This document shows, one piece after another, positions 43,023 through 53,935 of a DNA stretch of 64,000 nucleotides. Position 1 is the stretch's first letter, and each line of letters begins with the position of its first letter. The stretch spans positions 5,725-69,724 of the forward strand of contig JAGCWD010000083.1 of assembly GCA_017962025.1 (NCBI GenBank), given 5' to 3'. Position numbers and translations under genes: made by a program. The stretch comes from Bacteroidales bacterium (GTDB taxonomy: Bacteria > Bacteroidota > Bacteroidia > Bacteroidales > UBA932). The notes below the pieces were generated by a model that was not told the DNA's origin, searched no databases, and saw nothing but the letters and a program-made list of their open reading frames with translations.

Positions 43023-43907
43023 ATGGCGTCTCCTACCAAAGATTTGCCCGACTATTTCAGGGGTAAGAACCAATTGATCTACACCGTGACTTTCGCGGCG
43101 TTGTTCTCTATTGTGTTCCTGCTTTTGAGTCTTCCTTTTTCGCATAACAGCTGGATGGCGCTTGGTAATTCCAGGTTCTTCGTTTTCACCGTCCTTTTCG
43201 CGACCGGATCGCTTCTCCTGGTAGTATTGAGCAAGTTCTTGATGTACAAGACAAGGAACCGGATCAGGATGACCTATCTTGGCTATGTCCTGTGGTGCCT
43301 TGCCGAGGTTCTTATAATCTGCCTTGCCTATTCCTTCATCACCGTTCCGTTGACAAAGATCGGTTGGGAACGTTTCCCTGAGACCTTGGGGAATGCCCTT
43401 CTCTACGGAACCATCTCTCTGGTTATTCCATACATCCTTTCCGGAATGTATTTCGCTATCCAGGACAAGAACCAGACTATCCGTCTGATGAATTATGGCA
43501 ATGTGGTCCTTGACGAAAATGTGCTTCCCTCGAAGCTGGAGAAGATCACCCTTTTTGACAACAGCGGTGACCTCAAGCTCTGTGTCAGCGCATCCAACCT
43601 TTTCTACATAGAGTCCGACGACAATTACATCCGTGTCTGGTATTCCGACAGCAAGGGCGATCTCAAACGCTACATGCTTCGTTGCCGATTGAAGACGGTG
43701 GAGGAAAGTTTCAGGGGCAGCAGTCTCGTCCGCTGCCACAGGAAGTACATTGTGAATATGGACAAGGTCGAGATCCTCAGGAAGGAAAAGGAAGGATATG
43801 ACCTGGATCTTGACCAGGATTCCATTCCGCCTATTCCTATCTCCAAGACATACGAAAAGAACGTCCTGGCTTATTTCAATAACAATCCAAGACGTTCGGT
43901 CAATTAA
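43023..43907 (+). CDS. Membrane-bound LytTR-family transcriptional regulator
   Basis: 4 TM segments, then YIESDDNY, LVRCHRKYIVN, IPISK; TATCTTTG box at 42997-43004. Confidence 0.9.
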   Translation: MASPTKDLPDYFRGKNQLIYTVTFAALFSIVFLLLSLPFSHNSWMALGNSRFFVFTVLFATGSLLLVVLSKFLMYKTRNRIRMTYLGYVLWCLAEVLIICLAYSFITVPLTKIGWERFPETLGNALLYGTISLVIPYILSGMYFAIQDKNQTIRLMNYGNVVLDENVLPSKLEKITLFDNSGDLKLCVSASNLFYIESDDNYIRVWYSDSKGDLKRYMLRCRLKTVEESFRGSSLVRCHRKYIVNMDKVEILRKEKEGYDLDLDQDSIPPIPISKTYEKNVLAYFNNNPRRSVN

Positions 43908-43925
43908 TTTCTCCAGGAATCCGGT

Positions 43926-44795
43926 CTATCTCGTGAGCCTGTCAAGCGAAAGCTCGGCAAGGCCTTTTATCATGGATTTGTAATCCGGATTACTGCTTTT
44001 CAGATAGCGGTTTGCTATCGCGCAGCAGATAGTTCCGGCCTTGTGACCAAGATGCTTTGCAAGTCCGGAGATTGCTGAACTTTCCATTTCGAAATTGGTG
44101 ATACGATAATCTCTGTGACGGAATGATTCGAAACGGTCAAGCATGTCAGGCATGGCAAGTCCCAGTCTGATCACCCTTCCCTGGGGACCGTAGAAGCCAG
44201 GAGCTGAAATAGTCACCCCCTTGACTGTGCAGTCTTCGAAACGGGAAATCAATTCGTCGTTGGCCTTGACAAAGTAGGGCGATGGAAGGTTCCTGTCCCA
44301 TCCTGTGTATTCCTTGAAGGCTTCTTCCATCTCTTTGTCAGTAATCTTGTCGCGGTCGGCGTACCAGTTAAGAAGTCCGTCGCAGCCGATAGAGTAGTGG
44401 GAGAAGATGGGAGCTCCGATTGGAATGTCAGGCTGGATGGCTCCTGTGGTACCGATCCTAAGGATAGTCAGGCTCTTGAGATCTTCCTTTGGTTCGCGGG
44501 TTTCGAAATCCACGTTGGCAAGGGCGTCGAGCTCAGTCATGACTATATCACAGTTGTCAGTTCCTATGCCGGTAGAGAGTATGGTCAGTCGTTTACCATT
44601 GTACTTTCCGGTGATCGACACGAATTCACGTGAGGCATGGCGGAATTCCACATCGTAGAGGTATTCCCCGATCATGTCCACTCTTCCCGGATCACCGACA
44701 AGTATGACTTTGTCAGCAAGTTCTTCAGGCCTCATGTGTATGTGGAATGCCGATCCGTCTTCGTTGATGATTAGTTCAGATTCTGCTATTCTCAT
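43926..44795 (-). CDS. Uridine/nucleoside phosphorylase (PNP_UDP_1)
   Basis: VGDPGRV, STGIG, RIGTTG, GFYGPQGR, NFEMES. Confidence 0.92.
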   Translation of the reverse strand: MRIAESELIINEDGSAFHIHMRPEELADKVILVGDPGRVDMIGEYLYDVEFRHASREFVSITGKYNGKRLTILSTGIGTDNCDIVMTELDALANVDFETREPKEDLKSLTILRIGTTGAIQPDIPIGAPIFSHYSIGCDGLLNWYADRDKITDKEMEEAFKEYTGWDRNLPSPYFVKANDELISRFEDCTVKGVTISAPGFYGPQGRVIRLGLAMPDMLDRFESFRHRDYRITNFEMESSAISGLAKHLGHKAGTICCAIANRYLKSSNPDYKSMIKGLAELSLDRLTR

Positions 44796-44861
44796 TTTCT
44801 TTGTTGTTGTGGTTAAAAATCAAATATAAGAAAATTCAATGGAAATAGCTATTTTTGCACC

Positions 44862-45299
44862 ATGTGGCAAAGAATTCAGACATTATACCTGGCCGTTGCG
44901 ACAGGTCTTGTAGTGGCGCTCTTCTTCTGCGTCAAGTCATTTTCGTTAGGCCCGGGGGGAACTCATGTCGATGAATTGAAGTATATTCAGTTCTTCCCTT
45001 ACCTGACCCTTCTGATCCTGGTCAGCCTTTTACAGTTGATAGCTCTCGGATCATTCAATGTACGGGTTCTTCAGATGCGTACGGCAGTGCTCTCAGGCCT
45101 TCTCCTTATAGCTTTGCAGGCATGGCTTGCAGTGGATTATTTCACTGCAGCTGACGGAGTGGTGTTCAAGTGGACAGCCATTTTCCCTATCCTGGCGGCA
45201 ATCCTTGATTTCATGGCAGCCAGGAACATTCTTCGTGACCAACTTCTGGTCGAGAGCATCTCCCGCCTTCGGTCAAGGAAGAAGAATCACAAGATCTAA
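44862..45299 (+). CDS. DUF4293 family membrane protein
   Basis: MWQRIQTLYL N-terminus and I.RD..LV.S..RLR C-terminus. Confidence 0.85.
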   Translation: MWQRIQTLYLAVATGLVVALFFCVKSFSLGPGGTHVDELKYIQFFPYLTLLILVSLLQLIALGSFNVRVLQMRTAVLSGLLLIALQAWLAVDYFTAADGVVFKWTAIFPILAAILDFMAARNILRDQLLVESISRLRSRKKNHKI

Positions 45300-48200
45300 C
45301 TGTTGAGGTACGCTGCAAGGTCAGACTCGATCTTCTCTGCGAGTTCCTTGTCTCCACACTTCTTGATTTCGTTTGCCAGATAGTAGATCAACTGGCAGTT
45401 GTACTCGAATTCCTCCTTGTAGTCGGGATAGAAGTCGAGGTACAGCATGGTGGACTCCATTATTTCCTTGACGAGCTCATCAATCACCGGTCTGGCCTTT
45501 TCCGGCTTTCCGAGGGCGTAGTAATCCTTGATGAGTTCAATGGGGTACAGGGCGTTTGAAGCCCATCCGTAAATGGAGTTGTCATAAGGGAACGTCTCGG
45601 GCTTCATCACTTCGCAGCACTTGTCCAGCATCTGTTCGGCCCGGTCAGTTTCCCCAGCATTGAAGAAAGCGTTGGCGGAGGACATGAACAGGTTCCTGAT
45701 TGACATGACTCCCAGGAAAGTGTACATGTTCTGGTAATCCGCAAAGTAATCGTCACGTGAGAGGGCGTCGAACTTGAAGACCTTGGTCATCTTCTCGTAC
45801 AATTCATCGGTGTCCACAAGTCCGGGTTCGAGAGACGCGACTTTGTTGCGGATCGGAGTGAGCCTGGTCGAGAAACCGTCGTACATCAGGTAATTCTTAA
45901 GTCCGATGTTGAGGTCGCCGCCCTGGTTCAGCATGTTGATGGGACGGTCCCACTGGTAGTTGGAAAGCAGGTCCAGGATGAAGAGTTCAGGCTTGGTAAT
46001 GGCCGACTTCCCCTCGGGAATCTCCAACACTATGGAATCTGGTATTTCAGAAGCGAATTTTTCACTTACTATTCCGTACTTGAGGCAGTTCTCCTTGTTG
46101 ACCGGAACAATCATCTTTCGTGAGACCCAGTAATCCAACTTCCTGCCATCTGAAGTTGCCACTTTGGCATCAGGGTGCTTGAAGACTTTAATGCAGTCCG
46201 AAAGCAGGACTGCCTGGCCTCTGCTGTCCTGGATCGGTACCCAGTCGTTTGTACCGTACAGGTACTGTTCCTGACCTATCGAAAGATCGAGAGGGGCTGA
46301 ATTGTTTATGGCATATCTCATCTGGTCTATGTACCAGTCGGTACCCAGCAAAGAGGTGTTGCAGATCCTCACATCGTTCCTGATCCCTTCAACTTCCTGT
46401 GCATACCAAAGAGGGAAGGTATCGTTGTCTCCATGGGTGATGAGAAGGCCGTTCTGGCCTACTGAGTTGAGATAATTGTATGCGATTTCCACCGCAGTCC
46501 TGCGGTTGCTGCGGTCATGGTCGTCCCATTCCTGGGCGCACATGAGGGCAGGTACACCGAGACATACAACAGTAGTTATGGCAGCCACAAGGGTTTCCTT
46601 TCTGTGCCTGGTGAGGGAAGTAATCCATGAATATATGGCCGCGACTGCAAAACCTATCCAGATGGTGAATGCATAGAAGGAGCCGGCATAGGCGTAGTCC
46701 CTCTCGCGAACCTGGTAAGGAGGTTGGTTGAGGTAAACCACGATTGCTATTCCGGTCATGAAGAACAGCAGGAATGTGAGCCAGCAACCTCTCTTGTCCC
46801 TGTCGAACTGGAAGAACAATCCTAGAAGACCGAGGAGAAGGGGAAGGAAGAAGAGGTGATTCTTTCCACGGTTTTCCTTCAGCCACTGGGGAGCATTGTC
46901 CTGGTTGCCCAGGTGGATGTTGTCTATCGCCTTGATGCCACTCTCCCAGTTCCCAGTAAACAGGTCTGCAGCCGGGGAATGGATCTCATTCTGTCGCCCT
47001 ACGAAGTTCCACATGAAATACCTCCAGTACATCCATCCCAGTTGGAAATCGAAGAAGTATGAGAGGTTGGCTCCGAATGTTGGTTTCTTGTAATCAGCGC
47101 CTGGGATAGCCTTTCCTTTGCCTCCAGTGTAGGTTTGGTAGAATTGGATAGCCTTCTCATCGCTGCTGTACATTCTGGGGAAAAGCATCTTTCCGGAAGA
47201 GTCATAAACCGGTTCGACAGGGCTGGCCGCCTTGATGTACTTTCCGTTCATAGGCGCCCAATACCTGCCCTGCTTGAGTTCATATGGCGAGCCGAAGTAA
47301 TGGCCATAAATCAGGGGATTGGATCCATACTGTTCACGGGACAGGTACCTTACAAGAGTGAACGCGTTATCGGGCTGGTACTCGTTGGTAGGGGTCTTTG
47401 CACAGGAACGGATGATCACTATACTGAAAAGGGAGAATCCTATAATGATGGTGGTGAAACAGAGAAGGGCCGTGTTCCAGAAGACCTTACCCTTGTCCAG
47501 AGTCTTGAAAAGGCCCCAGAAACAAGCCACCAGCAGGGCGATCATGAAGAAGGCGGCTCCACTATTGAACGGGAGCCCCAGGACGTTCACGAAGAATAAG
47601 TCGAAGTAAGCCGCGAATTTGGGTAGTAACGGTACTATGATGAACAGGATGAATGCCAGGATGGCCACCGATACAAGGAAGATCTTGACTGTTTCCCAGA
47701 AGGTGAAAGGCTTGTCCTCGCGCATCTTGTAATAGTACATGAAGACAATCATCGGGATCGCCAGCAGATTCAGCAAGTGGATTCCGATGGAAAGCCCCAT
47801 GAGGAAGGAAATCAGAACTATCCAACGGTTGGCATAACGCCTGTCCTCAGTCTCGTACCACTTTGTCATGGCCCAGACGACCAGAGCAGTGAACAGGGAC
47901 GACATCGCATAGACTTCTCCTTCTACAGCTGAAAACCAGAAGGTGTCTGAGAAGCAGTAGGCAAGCGCACCTACAGCACCGCTTCCGAAGATGGCTAATG
48001 ACTGACCCAGTGAATAGTTTTCACTTCCATCTTCCTTTTTCTCCGGCCTAATCACCCTTTTCACCAGGAAAACGATAGTGAGGTAAAGGAAGAAAATGGT
48101 CAAAGCTGAGCAGATTGCACTCATCGAATTCACCATTACGGCAGCCTTGTCGGGGCCGGTGAACATGGTGAAGAACCTGACGATTATCTGGAATACAGGG

Positions 48201-48367
48201 TTTCCCGGGGGATGGCCCACTTCCAGTTTGTAGGATGAGGCGATGAATTCACCGCAATCCCAGAAAGATGCCGTGGGTTCGATGGTGGAGAGATATGTTA
48301 CCGCCGAAACCAGGAAGACCGCGGCTGCGGTCAGGATGTTCCAGCGCTTGAATTTCTTCATGTCCAT
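45296..48367 (-). CDS. DUF2723 / TMEM260-like GT-C membrane glycosyltransferase
   Basis: SFWDCGEFI, VGHPPG, AVEGEVY, RERDYAY, GDNDTFPLWY. Confidence 0.88.
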   Translation of the reverse strand: MDMKKFKRWNILTAAAVFLVSAVTYLSTIEPTASFWDCGEFIASSYKLEVGHPPGNPVFQIIVRFFTMFTGPDKAAVMVNSMSAICSALTIFFLYLTIVFLVKRVIRPEKKEDGSENYSLGQSLAIFGSGAVGALAYCFSDTFWFSAVEGEVYAMSSLFTALVVWAMTKWYETEDRRYANRWIVLISFLMGLSIGIHLLNLLAIPMIVFMYYYKMREDKPFTFWETVKIFLVSVAILAFILFIIVPLLPKFAAYFDLFFVNVLGLPFNSGAAFFMIALLVACFWGLFKTLDKGKVFWNTALLCFTTIIIGFSLFSIVIIRSCAKTPTNEYQPDNAFTLVRYLSREQYGSNPLIYGHYFGSPYELKQGRYWAPMNGKYIKAASPVEPVYDSSGKMLFPRMYSSDEKAIQFYQTYTGGKGKAIPGADYKKPTFGANLSYFFDFQLGWMYWRYFMWNFVGRQNEIHSPAADLFTGNWESGIKAIDNIHLGNQDNAPQWLKENRGKNHLFFLPLLLGLLGLFFQFDRDKRGCWLTFLLFFMTGIAIVVYLNQPPYQVRERDYAYAGSFYAFTIWIGFAVAAIYSWITSLTRHRKETLVAAITTVVCLGVPALMCAQEWDDHDRSNRRTAVEIAYNYLNSVGQNGLLITHGDNDTFPLWYAQEVEGIRNDVRICNTSLLGTDWYIDQMRYAINNSAPLDLSIGQEQYLYGTNDWVPIQDSRGQAVLLSDCIKVFKHPDAKVATSDGRKLDYWVSRKMIVPVNKENCLKYGIVSEKFASEIPDSIVLEIPEGKSAITKPELFILDLLSNYQWDRPINMLNQGGDLNIGLKNYLMYDGFSTRLTPIRNKVASLEPGLVDTDELYEKMTKVFKFDALSRDDYFADYQNMYTFLGVMSIRNLFMSSANAFFNAGETDRAEQMLDKCCEVMKPETFPYDNSIYGWASNALYPIELIKDYYALGKPEKARPVIDELVKEIMESTMLYLDFYPDYKEEFEYNCQLIYYLANEIKKCGDKELAEKIESDLAAYLNS

Positions 48368-48438
48368 GATTAAAAAAGAATATATTCGGACAAAGATACA
48401 AAAGGATTGGCTATCTTTGCAAAAATAGATTCAATAAA

Positions 48439-48786
48439 ATGAAACCGGAAAACGACTGGAAACAACGCCTCGGAGTGGTCTATTCGACTGATCCCGGTTT
48501 CAACTATGTCAAGGAGGAGACCTCCGAGGAAACAACCCTGGAACCATCGAAACAGAAGTTGATAGTGACGATAGACCGGAAAGGGCGCGGTGGAAAACAG
48601 GTTACCCTTGTTTCTGGTTTCATAGGGACCGAAGAAGACCTTGCTGACCTTGGAAGGACGCTCAAGATGAAGTGTGGTGTGGGCGGAACGGCCAAGGATG
48701 GACAGATCACAGTCCAGGGTGACTTGCGTGATAAGGTCACCTCTCTTTTAAAGGAGATGGGTTACAACGCAAAGAGGGGGAACTGA
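48439..48786 (+). CDS. SUI1/YciH translation initiation factor
   Basis: VYSTDP, RKGRGGKQVT, CGVGG..KDG.I.VQGD. Confidence 0.92.
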   Translation: MKPENDWKQRLGVVYSTDPGFNYVKEETSEETTLEPSKQKLIVTIDRKGRGGKQVTLVSGFIGTEEDLADLGRTLKMKCGVGGTAKDGQITVQGDLRDKVTSLLKEMGYNAKRGN

Positions 48787-49424
48787 TGGACGTTTTCGAC
48801 AACCCTGTCTTCTCCGGCCTGGCCGTGTTCTTTACCTTTCTTTTCCTTCTGAATCTCAGGAGTTTGATAAAGATAACGCCGTCCCTTGCCGATTGCGTAA
48901 TGAGGTGGAAGGGAAGCCTTGACCTTGAAGACAGCATCCAGTTGAGCAGGAGCCGTAACTGGATAGCGGCCATCTTGTTCGTCCCTTTCTGCATGGTAGT
49001 CTATTCCTACAGGCTTTACGATCCTGACATCATCGCCGACCAGCCATCCTTGATCCGTCTCGGGGCCATAGCCGGAGCCTTGGTCGTTTACCTTCTCTTG
49101 AGGACTTTTCTGAACTGGCAGCTTGAGATGCACAACTACAGGTCCAAGGCTTTCATCGCGGCAAACAGGGCATTCCTTAATTATGTGGTCATACTCTTCT
49201 TCCTGCTGTTTTTCACCGGTGCAGTAGTGAAGGCGTTGGGAGGAGATGAAAGCCTTGTCAAGAGGGTTCTGCTATGGATTATCGCATTGACTTACTTGTT
49301 CTTCATCATCCGTCGCGGGCAGATTTTCGCCTCTACTTGCAATCCTTTCACAACATTTTTGTATCTTTGCAGCCTTGAATTGCTCCCTACTGCTGCTCTG
49401 GTCATTTCGGCCGTCCTGCTTTGA
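48786..49424 (+). CDS. DUF4271 membrane protein
   Basis: Multiple TM segments, C-terminal FLYLCSLELLP, usual position upstream of hemD. Confidence 0.8.
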   Translation: MDVFDNPVFSGLAVFFTFLFLLNLRSLIKITPSLADCVMRWKGSLDLEDSIQLSRSRNWIAAILFVPFCMVVYSYRLYDPDIIADQPSLIRLGAIAGALVVYLLLRTFLNWQLEMHNYRSKAFIAANRAFLNYVVILFFLLFFTGAVVKALGGDESLVKRVLLWIIALTYLFFIIRRGQIFASTCNPFTTFLYLCSLELLPTAALVISAVLL

Positions 49425-49451
49425 TAGATTAGGGAGATATTAAGACTGGAT

Positions 49452-50195
49452 ATGGCCATTAAAAAGATATTGATATCCCAGCGTCCTCCTCTCAATGAGG
49501 CTCCTTACAATGCATTGAAGGAGAAATATGGCGTTGACATCACTTTCCGGCAGTTTTTCCTCATAGAGCCTCTATCTTCAAGGGAGTTCAGGGCCCAGAG
49601 GATCAACATTCTGGATTACACTGCCGTCATCTTTTCCTCCCGCCATGCCATAGACGCTTTCTATGGGCTTTGTGAGGATTTAAGGGTGAAAGTCCCTGAG
49701 ACGATGAAGTATTTCTGTACTACCGAAGCAGTTGCGATGTATCTCCAGAAACACATCGTTTACCGCAAGCGCAAGATATTCTTTGGCAACGGCACCCCTG
49801 AATCTGTTCTTGCCCAAATAGGAACCAAGCACAAGGGAGAGCATTTCCTTGTGACTCAGTCCGATTCAAGTGGCAGCAATGCCTTGACGAATTTGCTCGA
49901 TGCACAGGGTATCGACTATAAGACTGCTGTTTTCATCAAGAGCGTTCCTCAAGATCTCAAGGATATCTCCATGTCTGATTATGACATGGTCGTGTTCTAT
50001 AATCCCTATGACGTCAAGTCACTGTTGGAGAATTTCCCCGGTTTCGAACAGGGGGACATCAAGTTCGTTTCCTATGGTAAATCCATAGTCAAAGCCATGG
50101 AGGAAGCGGGACTGAGGATAGATGTAAAGGCTCCTACTCCCGAAGCTCCCTCGGTGGCGAGGGCGATTGAGATCTACCTTCAGAATCAGCAATAG
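49452..50195 (+). CDS. hemD: Uroporphyrinogen-III synthase-like protein
   Basis: IKKILISQ, MKYFC..EAVA.YLQK.I.YRKRKI, APTPEAPS (Bacteroidetes HemD family). Confidence 0.85.
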   Translation: MAIKKILISQRPPLNEAPYNALKEKYGVDITFRQFFLIEPLSSREFRAQRINILDYTAVIFSSRHAIDAFYGLCEDLRVKVPETMKYFCTTEAVAMYLQKHIVYRKRKIFFGNGTPESVLAQIGTKHKGEHFLVTQSDSSGSNALTNLLDAQGIDYKTAVFIKSVPQDLKDISMSDYDMVVFYNPYDVKSLLENFPGFEQGDIKFVSYGKSIVKAMEEAGLRIDVKAPTPEAPSVARAIEIYLQNQQ

Positions 50196-50204
50196 AATCT
50201 TCCG

Positions 50205-50570
50205 ATGAACACCCTACCGAAATCCGAGCGTATCAAAGGGAAGGCTCCGGTTTCGGCTCTGTTGTCAAAGGGCCGCTGGGGTGTCGTGGGCGGAATGAAA
50301 TACTGTTATCTTGTCCGTGGAGGAGATGATCCTGTTTCTCCAAACAGGGTACTGGTCTCTGTTCCCAAGCGTTTTTTCAAAAGGGCAGTCAAAAGGAATC
50401 TTCTCAAAAGAAGGATGAGGGAAGCATACAGGACCCATAAGGACATGCTCCCTCAGTTTGGAATGGATCTTATGCTTGTGTACAACAACACCGAATTGAT
50501 GGATTCAGCTGTTGTCGCCAATGATGTCGCCGGTGTCTTGAAAAGAATAAGTGATGAAAGACAGTTATAG
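50205..50570 (+). CDS. rnpA: Ribonuclease P protein component
   Basis: TLPKSER, VSVPKR.FKRAVKRN.LKR.MREAYR. Confidence 0.92.
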   Translation: MNTLPKSERIKGKAPVSALLSKGRWGVVGGMKYCYLVRGGDDPVSPNRVLVSVPKRFFKRAVKRNLLKRRMREAYRTHKDMLPQFGMDLMLVYNNTELMDSAVVANDVAGVLKRISDERQL

Positions 50571-50814
50571 CATACCGTCATGGCGTAGGACGTTGAGGAA
50601 TGTTCTCAGCTTTCCTTTTCTCGCTCTTATCTGGTTCTACAGGAAATGCATAGGCCCTTATATTCCCAAGACCTGCAGGTTCGAGCCATCATGTTCGACA
50701 TATGCGATTGAGGCATTTCGCAAATGGGGACCTTTCAAGGGGCTTTATCTCACTGTCTGGAGAGTCCTCAGATGCAATCCCTGGGGCGGCAGCGGTTACG
50801 ATCCGGTGCCTTGA
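50554..50814 (+). CDS. yidD: Membrane protein insertion efficiency factor
   Basis: CRFEPSCS.Y, RVLRCNPWGGSGYDPVP. Confidence 0.93.
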   Translation: MKDSYSIPSWRRTLRNVLSFPFLALIWFYRKCIGPYIPKTCRFEPSCSTYAIEAFRKWGPFKGLYLTVWRVLRCNPWGGSGYDPVP

Positions 50815-51717
50815 TTACCTTTTAAGCCTGACGAATATCGAGAGGGGAAGGACTTTCCCGAAGCCATCCCTGAGCGCCAATTCTCCGGAATCCAAGGAAT
50901 AATCTGGAGAAAGGCCTAGGGCTTGCCGTACGACTGTTTCTCCCAGTGATGCCGAGAAGCCGTTTGAGTAAAGATTGAGGACCATGAAACTGTCCTGAGG
51001 TGCCAGTATTCGTCCAACGTCCTTCATCAGGTCGAAAAGGCATTCGTCCAATTTCCATTTTTCCCCATCCGGTCCGTGCCCATATGCGGGAGGGTCGAGG
51101 ATTATTCCTTGATAGACATTTCCCCTGCGGGCTTCCCTTCGAGCGAATTTCATTGCATCCTCAACAACCCAGCGGATACCGTCAAGACCGCTTCTGTCCT
51201 GGTTTTCATGGGCCCAGGTGACAACCTGGCGTACCGAATCAAGATGGGTTACATCCGCTCCGGCCTTTCTGGCTGCGAGGGATGCGGCTCCCGTGTAGGC
51301 GAAAAGGTTGAGGACTTTGGGGCGAGAGGTAGTCTTTTCCGCGATCACCTTGGTCTGGCTGAAAATATATTCCCAGTTTGGCGCCTGTTCAGGAAATACA
51401 CCGACATGCTTGAAAGATGTAAGGCCAAGTCTGAGGGAGAAGAAGTCCCTGTACCGGATCCACCATTGGTCAGGCATCTTGCGGATCCTGTCCCAAGTAC
51501 CGCTGTCTTCCTTTCCGGCTTTTCCGAAACCGGCTCCAGGAGTAAAGCGGGTGTGGGTTGCGGACTCCCATTGTCCGTCACTCATGTCCTTGTCCCAAAG
51601 GGCTTTGGGCTCAGGACGGGAGAGTACGTAACTGCCGAATCTTTCGAGCTTCATGCCTCCGCCGGAGTCAAGGAGTTCGTAGTCTTTCCAATGTGTTGAG
51701 GGAAACTCTGTCGCCAT
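50815..51717 (-). CDS. RlmI/K-like class I SAM-dependent methyltransferase
   Basis: DYELLDSG..KLERFG, HVGVFPEQ, LNLFAYTG, ILDPP; start at ATG 51717. Confidence 0.88.
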   Translation of the reverse strand: MATEFPSTHWKDYELLDSGGGMKLERFGSYVLSRPEPKALWDKDMSDGQWESATHTRFTPGAGFGKAGKEDSGTWDRIRKMPDQWWIRYRDFFSLRLGLTSFKHVGVFPEQAPNWEYIFSQTKVIAEKTTSRPKVLNLFAYTGAASLAARKAGADVTHLDSVRQVVTWAHENQDRSGLDGIRWVVEDAMKFARREARRGNVYQGIILDPPAYGHGPDGEKWKLDECLFDLMKDVGRILAPQDSFMVLNLYSNGFSASLGETVVRQALGLSPDYSLDSGELALRDGFGKVLPLSIFVRLKR

Positions 51718-51784
51718 GATGGTGCAAAGATAAAAAAATAGTATCTTTGCTCCGGAAAAAAACGACAACAAAATAATTAATCTC

Positions 51785-53038
51785 ATGCAACAGCACATTG
51801 ACTCTTACGATTTCAAAGGCAAGAAGGCCATAGTCAGGGTGGACTTCAACGTTCCGCTAGACGAGAACTTCAACATCACTGACGACACCCGTATCCGCGC
51901 AGCCCTTCCTACTCTCAAGAAGGTCCTTGCCGAAGGTGGTTCACTCATCCTCATGTCCCATCTCGGACGCCCCAAGGGAGTGACTGAGAAATTCTCCCTC
52001 AAGCATATAGTTAATCATGTCTCTGAGTGCCTGGGTGTTCCCGTACAGTTTGCTGAAGACTGCCAGAAGGCGGACGGGCAGGCAGCCGCCCTAAAGCCGG
52101 GAGAGGTCCTGATGCTCGAAAACCTTCGTTTCTATGCAGAGGAAGAGGGTAAGCCGAGGGGACTTGCCGAGGATGCTACCGACGAAGAGAAGAAGGAAGC
52201 CAAGAAAGCTGTGAAAGAGAGCCAGAAGGAATTCGTCAAGAAACTGGCCTCCTATGCAGATTGCTACATCAACGATGCATTCGGCACTGCCCACAGGGCA
52301 CATGCTTCAACTGCCCTCATAGCTGCTTATTTCCCTGAGGATAAAATGTTCGGTTACCTGATGGAGAAAGAAATCAAGGCTATTGACAACGTTCTGAAGA
52401 ATGCCCGCCATCCTTTCACCGCCATCATCGGAGGTTCCAAGGTCTCTTCCAAACTGGCTGTTTTGGAGAACCTTCTCGGTAAGGTGGACAACCTCATCAT
52501 CTGCGGAGGAATGGGCTATACCTTCATCAAGGCCGAAGGTGGAAGCATCGGTGATTCCCTCCACGAAGATGACCTCATCCCGCAGGCACAGGAAATAATG
52601 AACAAAGCTCAGGAACTTGGAGTTAATGTCTCCCTCTCCGTCCAGACGCGTGTTACCCAGTCATTCAGCAATGACGCTCCCGAGATGGTAGTCCCTTCTC
52701 ACAAGATTCCTGACGGATGGGAAGGTTTGGACTGCGGCCAGGCTTCCATCGAAAACTGGGGAAGGATCATTCTTGCCTCCAAGACCATCCTGTGGAACGG
52801 TCCTGCTGGAGTGTTTGAGTTCCCTAATTTCGCCACAGGAACCGAGAAGATCGCTGAACTTGTCGCCAGGGCAACTGAGCATGGAGCATACTCCCTTGTC
52901 GGAGGTGGTGACTCTGTCGCTGCCGTGACCAAGATGGGATTCGCAAACAAGGTCAGTTATGTCAGCACCGGTGGCGGAGCTATGCTCGAGGCCATTGAGG
53001 GCAAGACCCTTCCCGGAATCGCTGCCATTCAGGAATAA
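51785..53038 (+). CDS. pgk: Phosphoglycerate kinase
   Basis: [35 protein letters not shown]. Confidence 0.98.
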   Translation: MQQHIDSYDFKGKKAIVRVDFNVPLDENFNITDDTRIRAALPTLKKVLAEGGSLILMSHLGRPKGVTEKFSLKHIVNHVSECLGVPVQFAEDCQKADGQAAALKPGEVLMLENLRFYAEEEGKPRGLAEDATDEEKKEAKKAVKESQKEFVKKLASYADCYINDAFGTAHRAHASTALIAAYFPEDKMFGYLMEKEIKAIDNVLKNARHPFTAIIGGSKVSSKLAVLENLLGKVDNLIICGGMGYTFIKAEGGSIGDSLHEDDLIPQAQEIMNKAQELGVNVSLSVQTRVTQSFSNDAPEMVVPSHKIPDGWEGLDCGQASIENWGRIILASKTILWNGPAGVFEFPNFATGTEKIAELVARATEHGAYSLVGGGDSVAAVTKMGFANKVSYVSTGGGAMLEAIEGKTLPGIAAIQE

Positions 53039-53047
53039 ACTTTTACC

Positions 53048-53935
53048 ATGATCCCGCTCGTCGTACATTGGAACATGAATCCCGAGATCTTCAGGATCGG
53101 GGGATTTGCAGTCAGGTGGTACGGACTCCTTTTCGTGTCCGGATTCATCCTAGGCTATTGGATATTCATGAAATTCTTCGAGCGGGAAAAACTCAACAAG
53201 GCCATCCTTGACCCGCTCCTGTACACCCTGCTGATAGGAACCCTTGTCTGCGCCAGGCTGGGCCACTGCCTATTCTATGGGTTCGATTACTATTTCGGAT
53301 CGTGGAAAGGATTCCTTGAGATCTTCAAGGTCTGGGAAGGAGGGCTCGCCAGCCATGGAGGAACGCTGATGCTTCTTCTGTGTATGTGGTGGTTTGCCAG
53401 GAAATATGGTAAAAAGAACCATATTGACTTTCTATGGATCCTTGATCATCTCTGCATTGCCGTAGCTTTTGCCGCCACCTTTATTAGGTTGGGAAATCTT
53501 TGTAATTCAGAGATTTATGGCAATGTCACCTCCCTCCCGTGGGGATTTATTTTCGAGCGGAGGGGAGAGACGGAACCCAAGCATCCGACCCAGATTTATG
53601 AGGCTCTGAGCTATCTTCTTCTGGGATTGGGACTGGTTTGGCTCTATGTCAAGAAACTGGACAAGATGTACAGGGGATCGTTCATCGGGATATTTTTCAT
53701 CGTATGTTTCGGGATGCGCTTCCTGATCGAGTTCATCAAGGAACCCCAAGAGGCTTTCGAAAATGACATGATCCTCAACATGGGGCAGATTCTGAGCATT
53801 CCGTTCATCCTGCTTGGCATTGGGTTGCTTGTTTATGCGTACCGGAAGAAGGCCCCTGCCAAGGCCGTCATTCCTGACACCCGTACCAGGAAAGCCGAGC
53901 CTACCCATTATGCTAAAAGCCTGGTTGACAAATGA
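53048..53935 (+). CDS. lgt: Prolipoprotein diacylglyceryl transferase
   Basis: RWYG, ARLGH, WEGGLASHGG, RLGN..N.E.YG, HPTQIYE. Confidence 0.96.
   Translation: MIPLVVHWNMNPEIFRIGGFAVRWYGLLFVSGFILGYWIFMKFFEREKLNKAILDPLLYTLLIGTLVCARLGHCLFYGFDYYFGSWKGFLEIFKVWEGGLASHGGTLMLLLCMWWFARKYGKKNHIDFLWILDHLCIAVAFAATFIRLGNLCNSEIYGNVTSLPWGFIFERRGETEPKHPTQIYEALSYLLLGLGLVWLYVKKLDKMYRGSFIGIFFIVCFGMRFLIEFIKEPQEAFENDMILNMGQILSIPFILLGIGLLVYAYRKKAPAKAVIPDTRTRKAEPTHYAKSLVDK

Noticed and set aside
51724-51750. Inverted repeat GCAAAGATA...TATCTTTGC (similar at 48390-48419 and 7007-7051)
   Set aside because: Explained by back-to-back divergent TAnnTTTG promoter boxes
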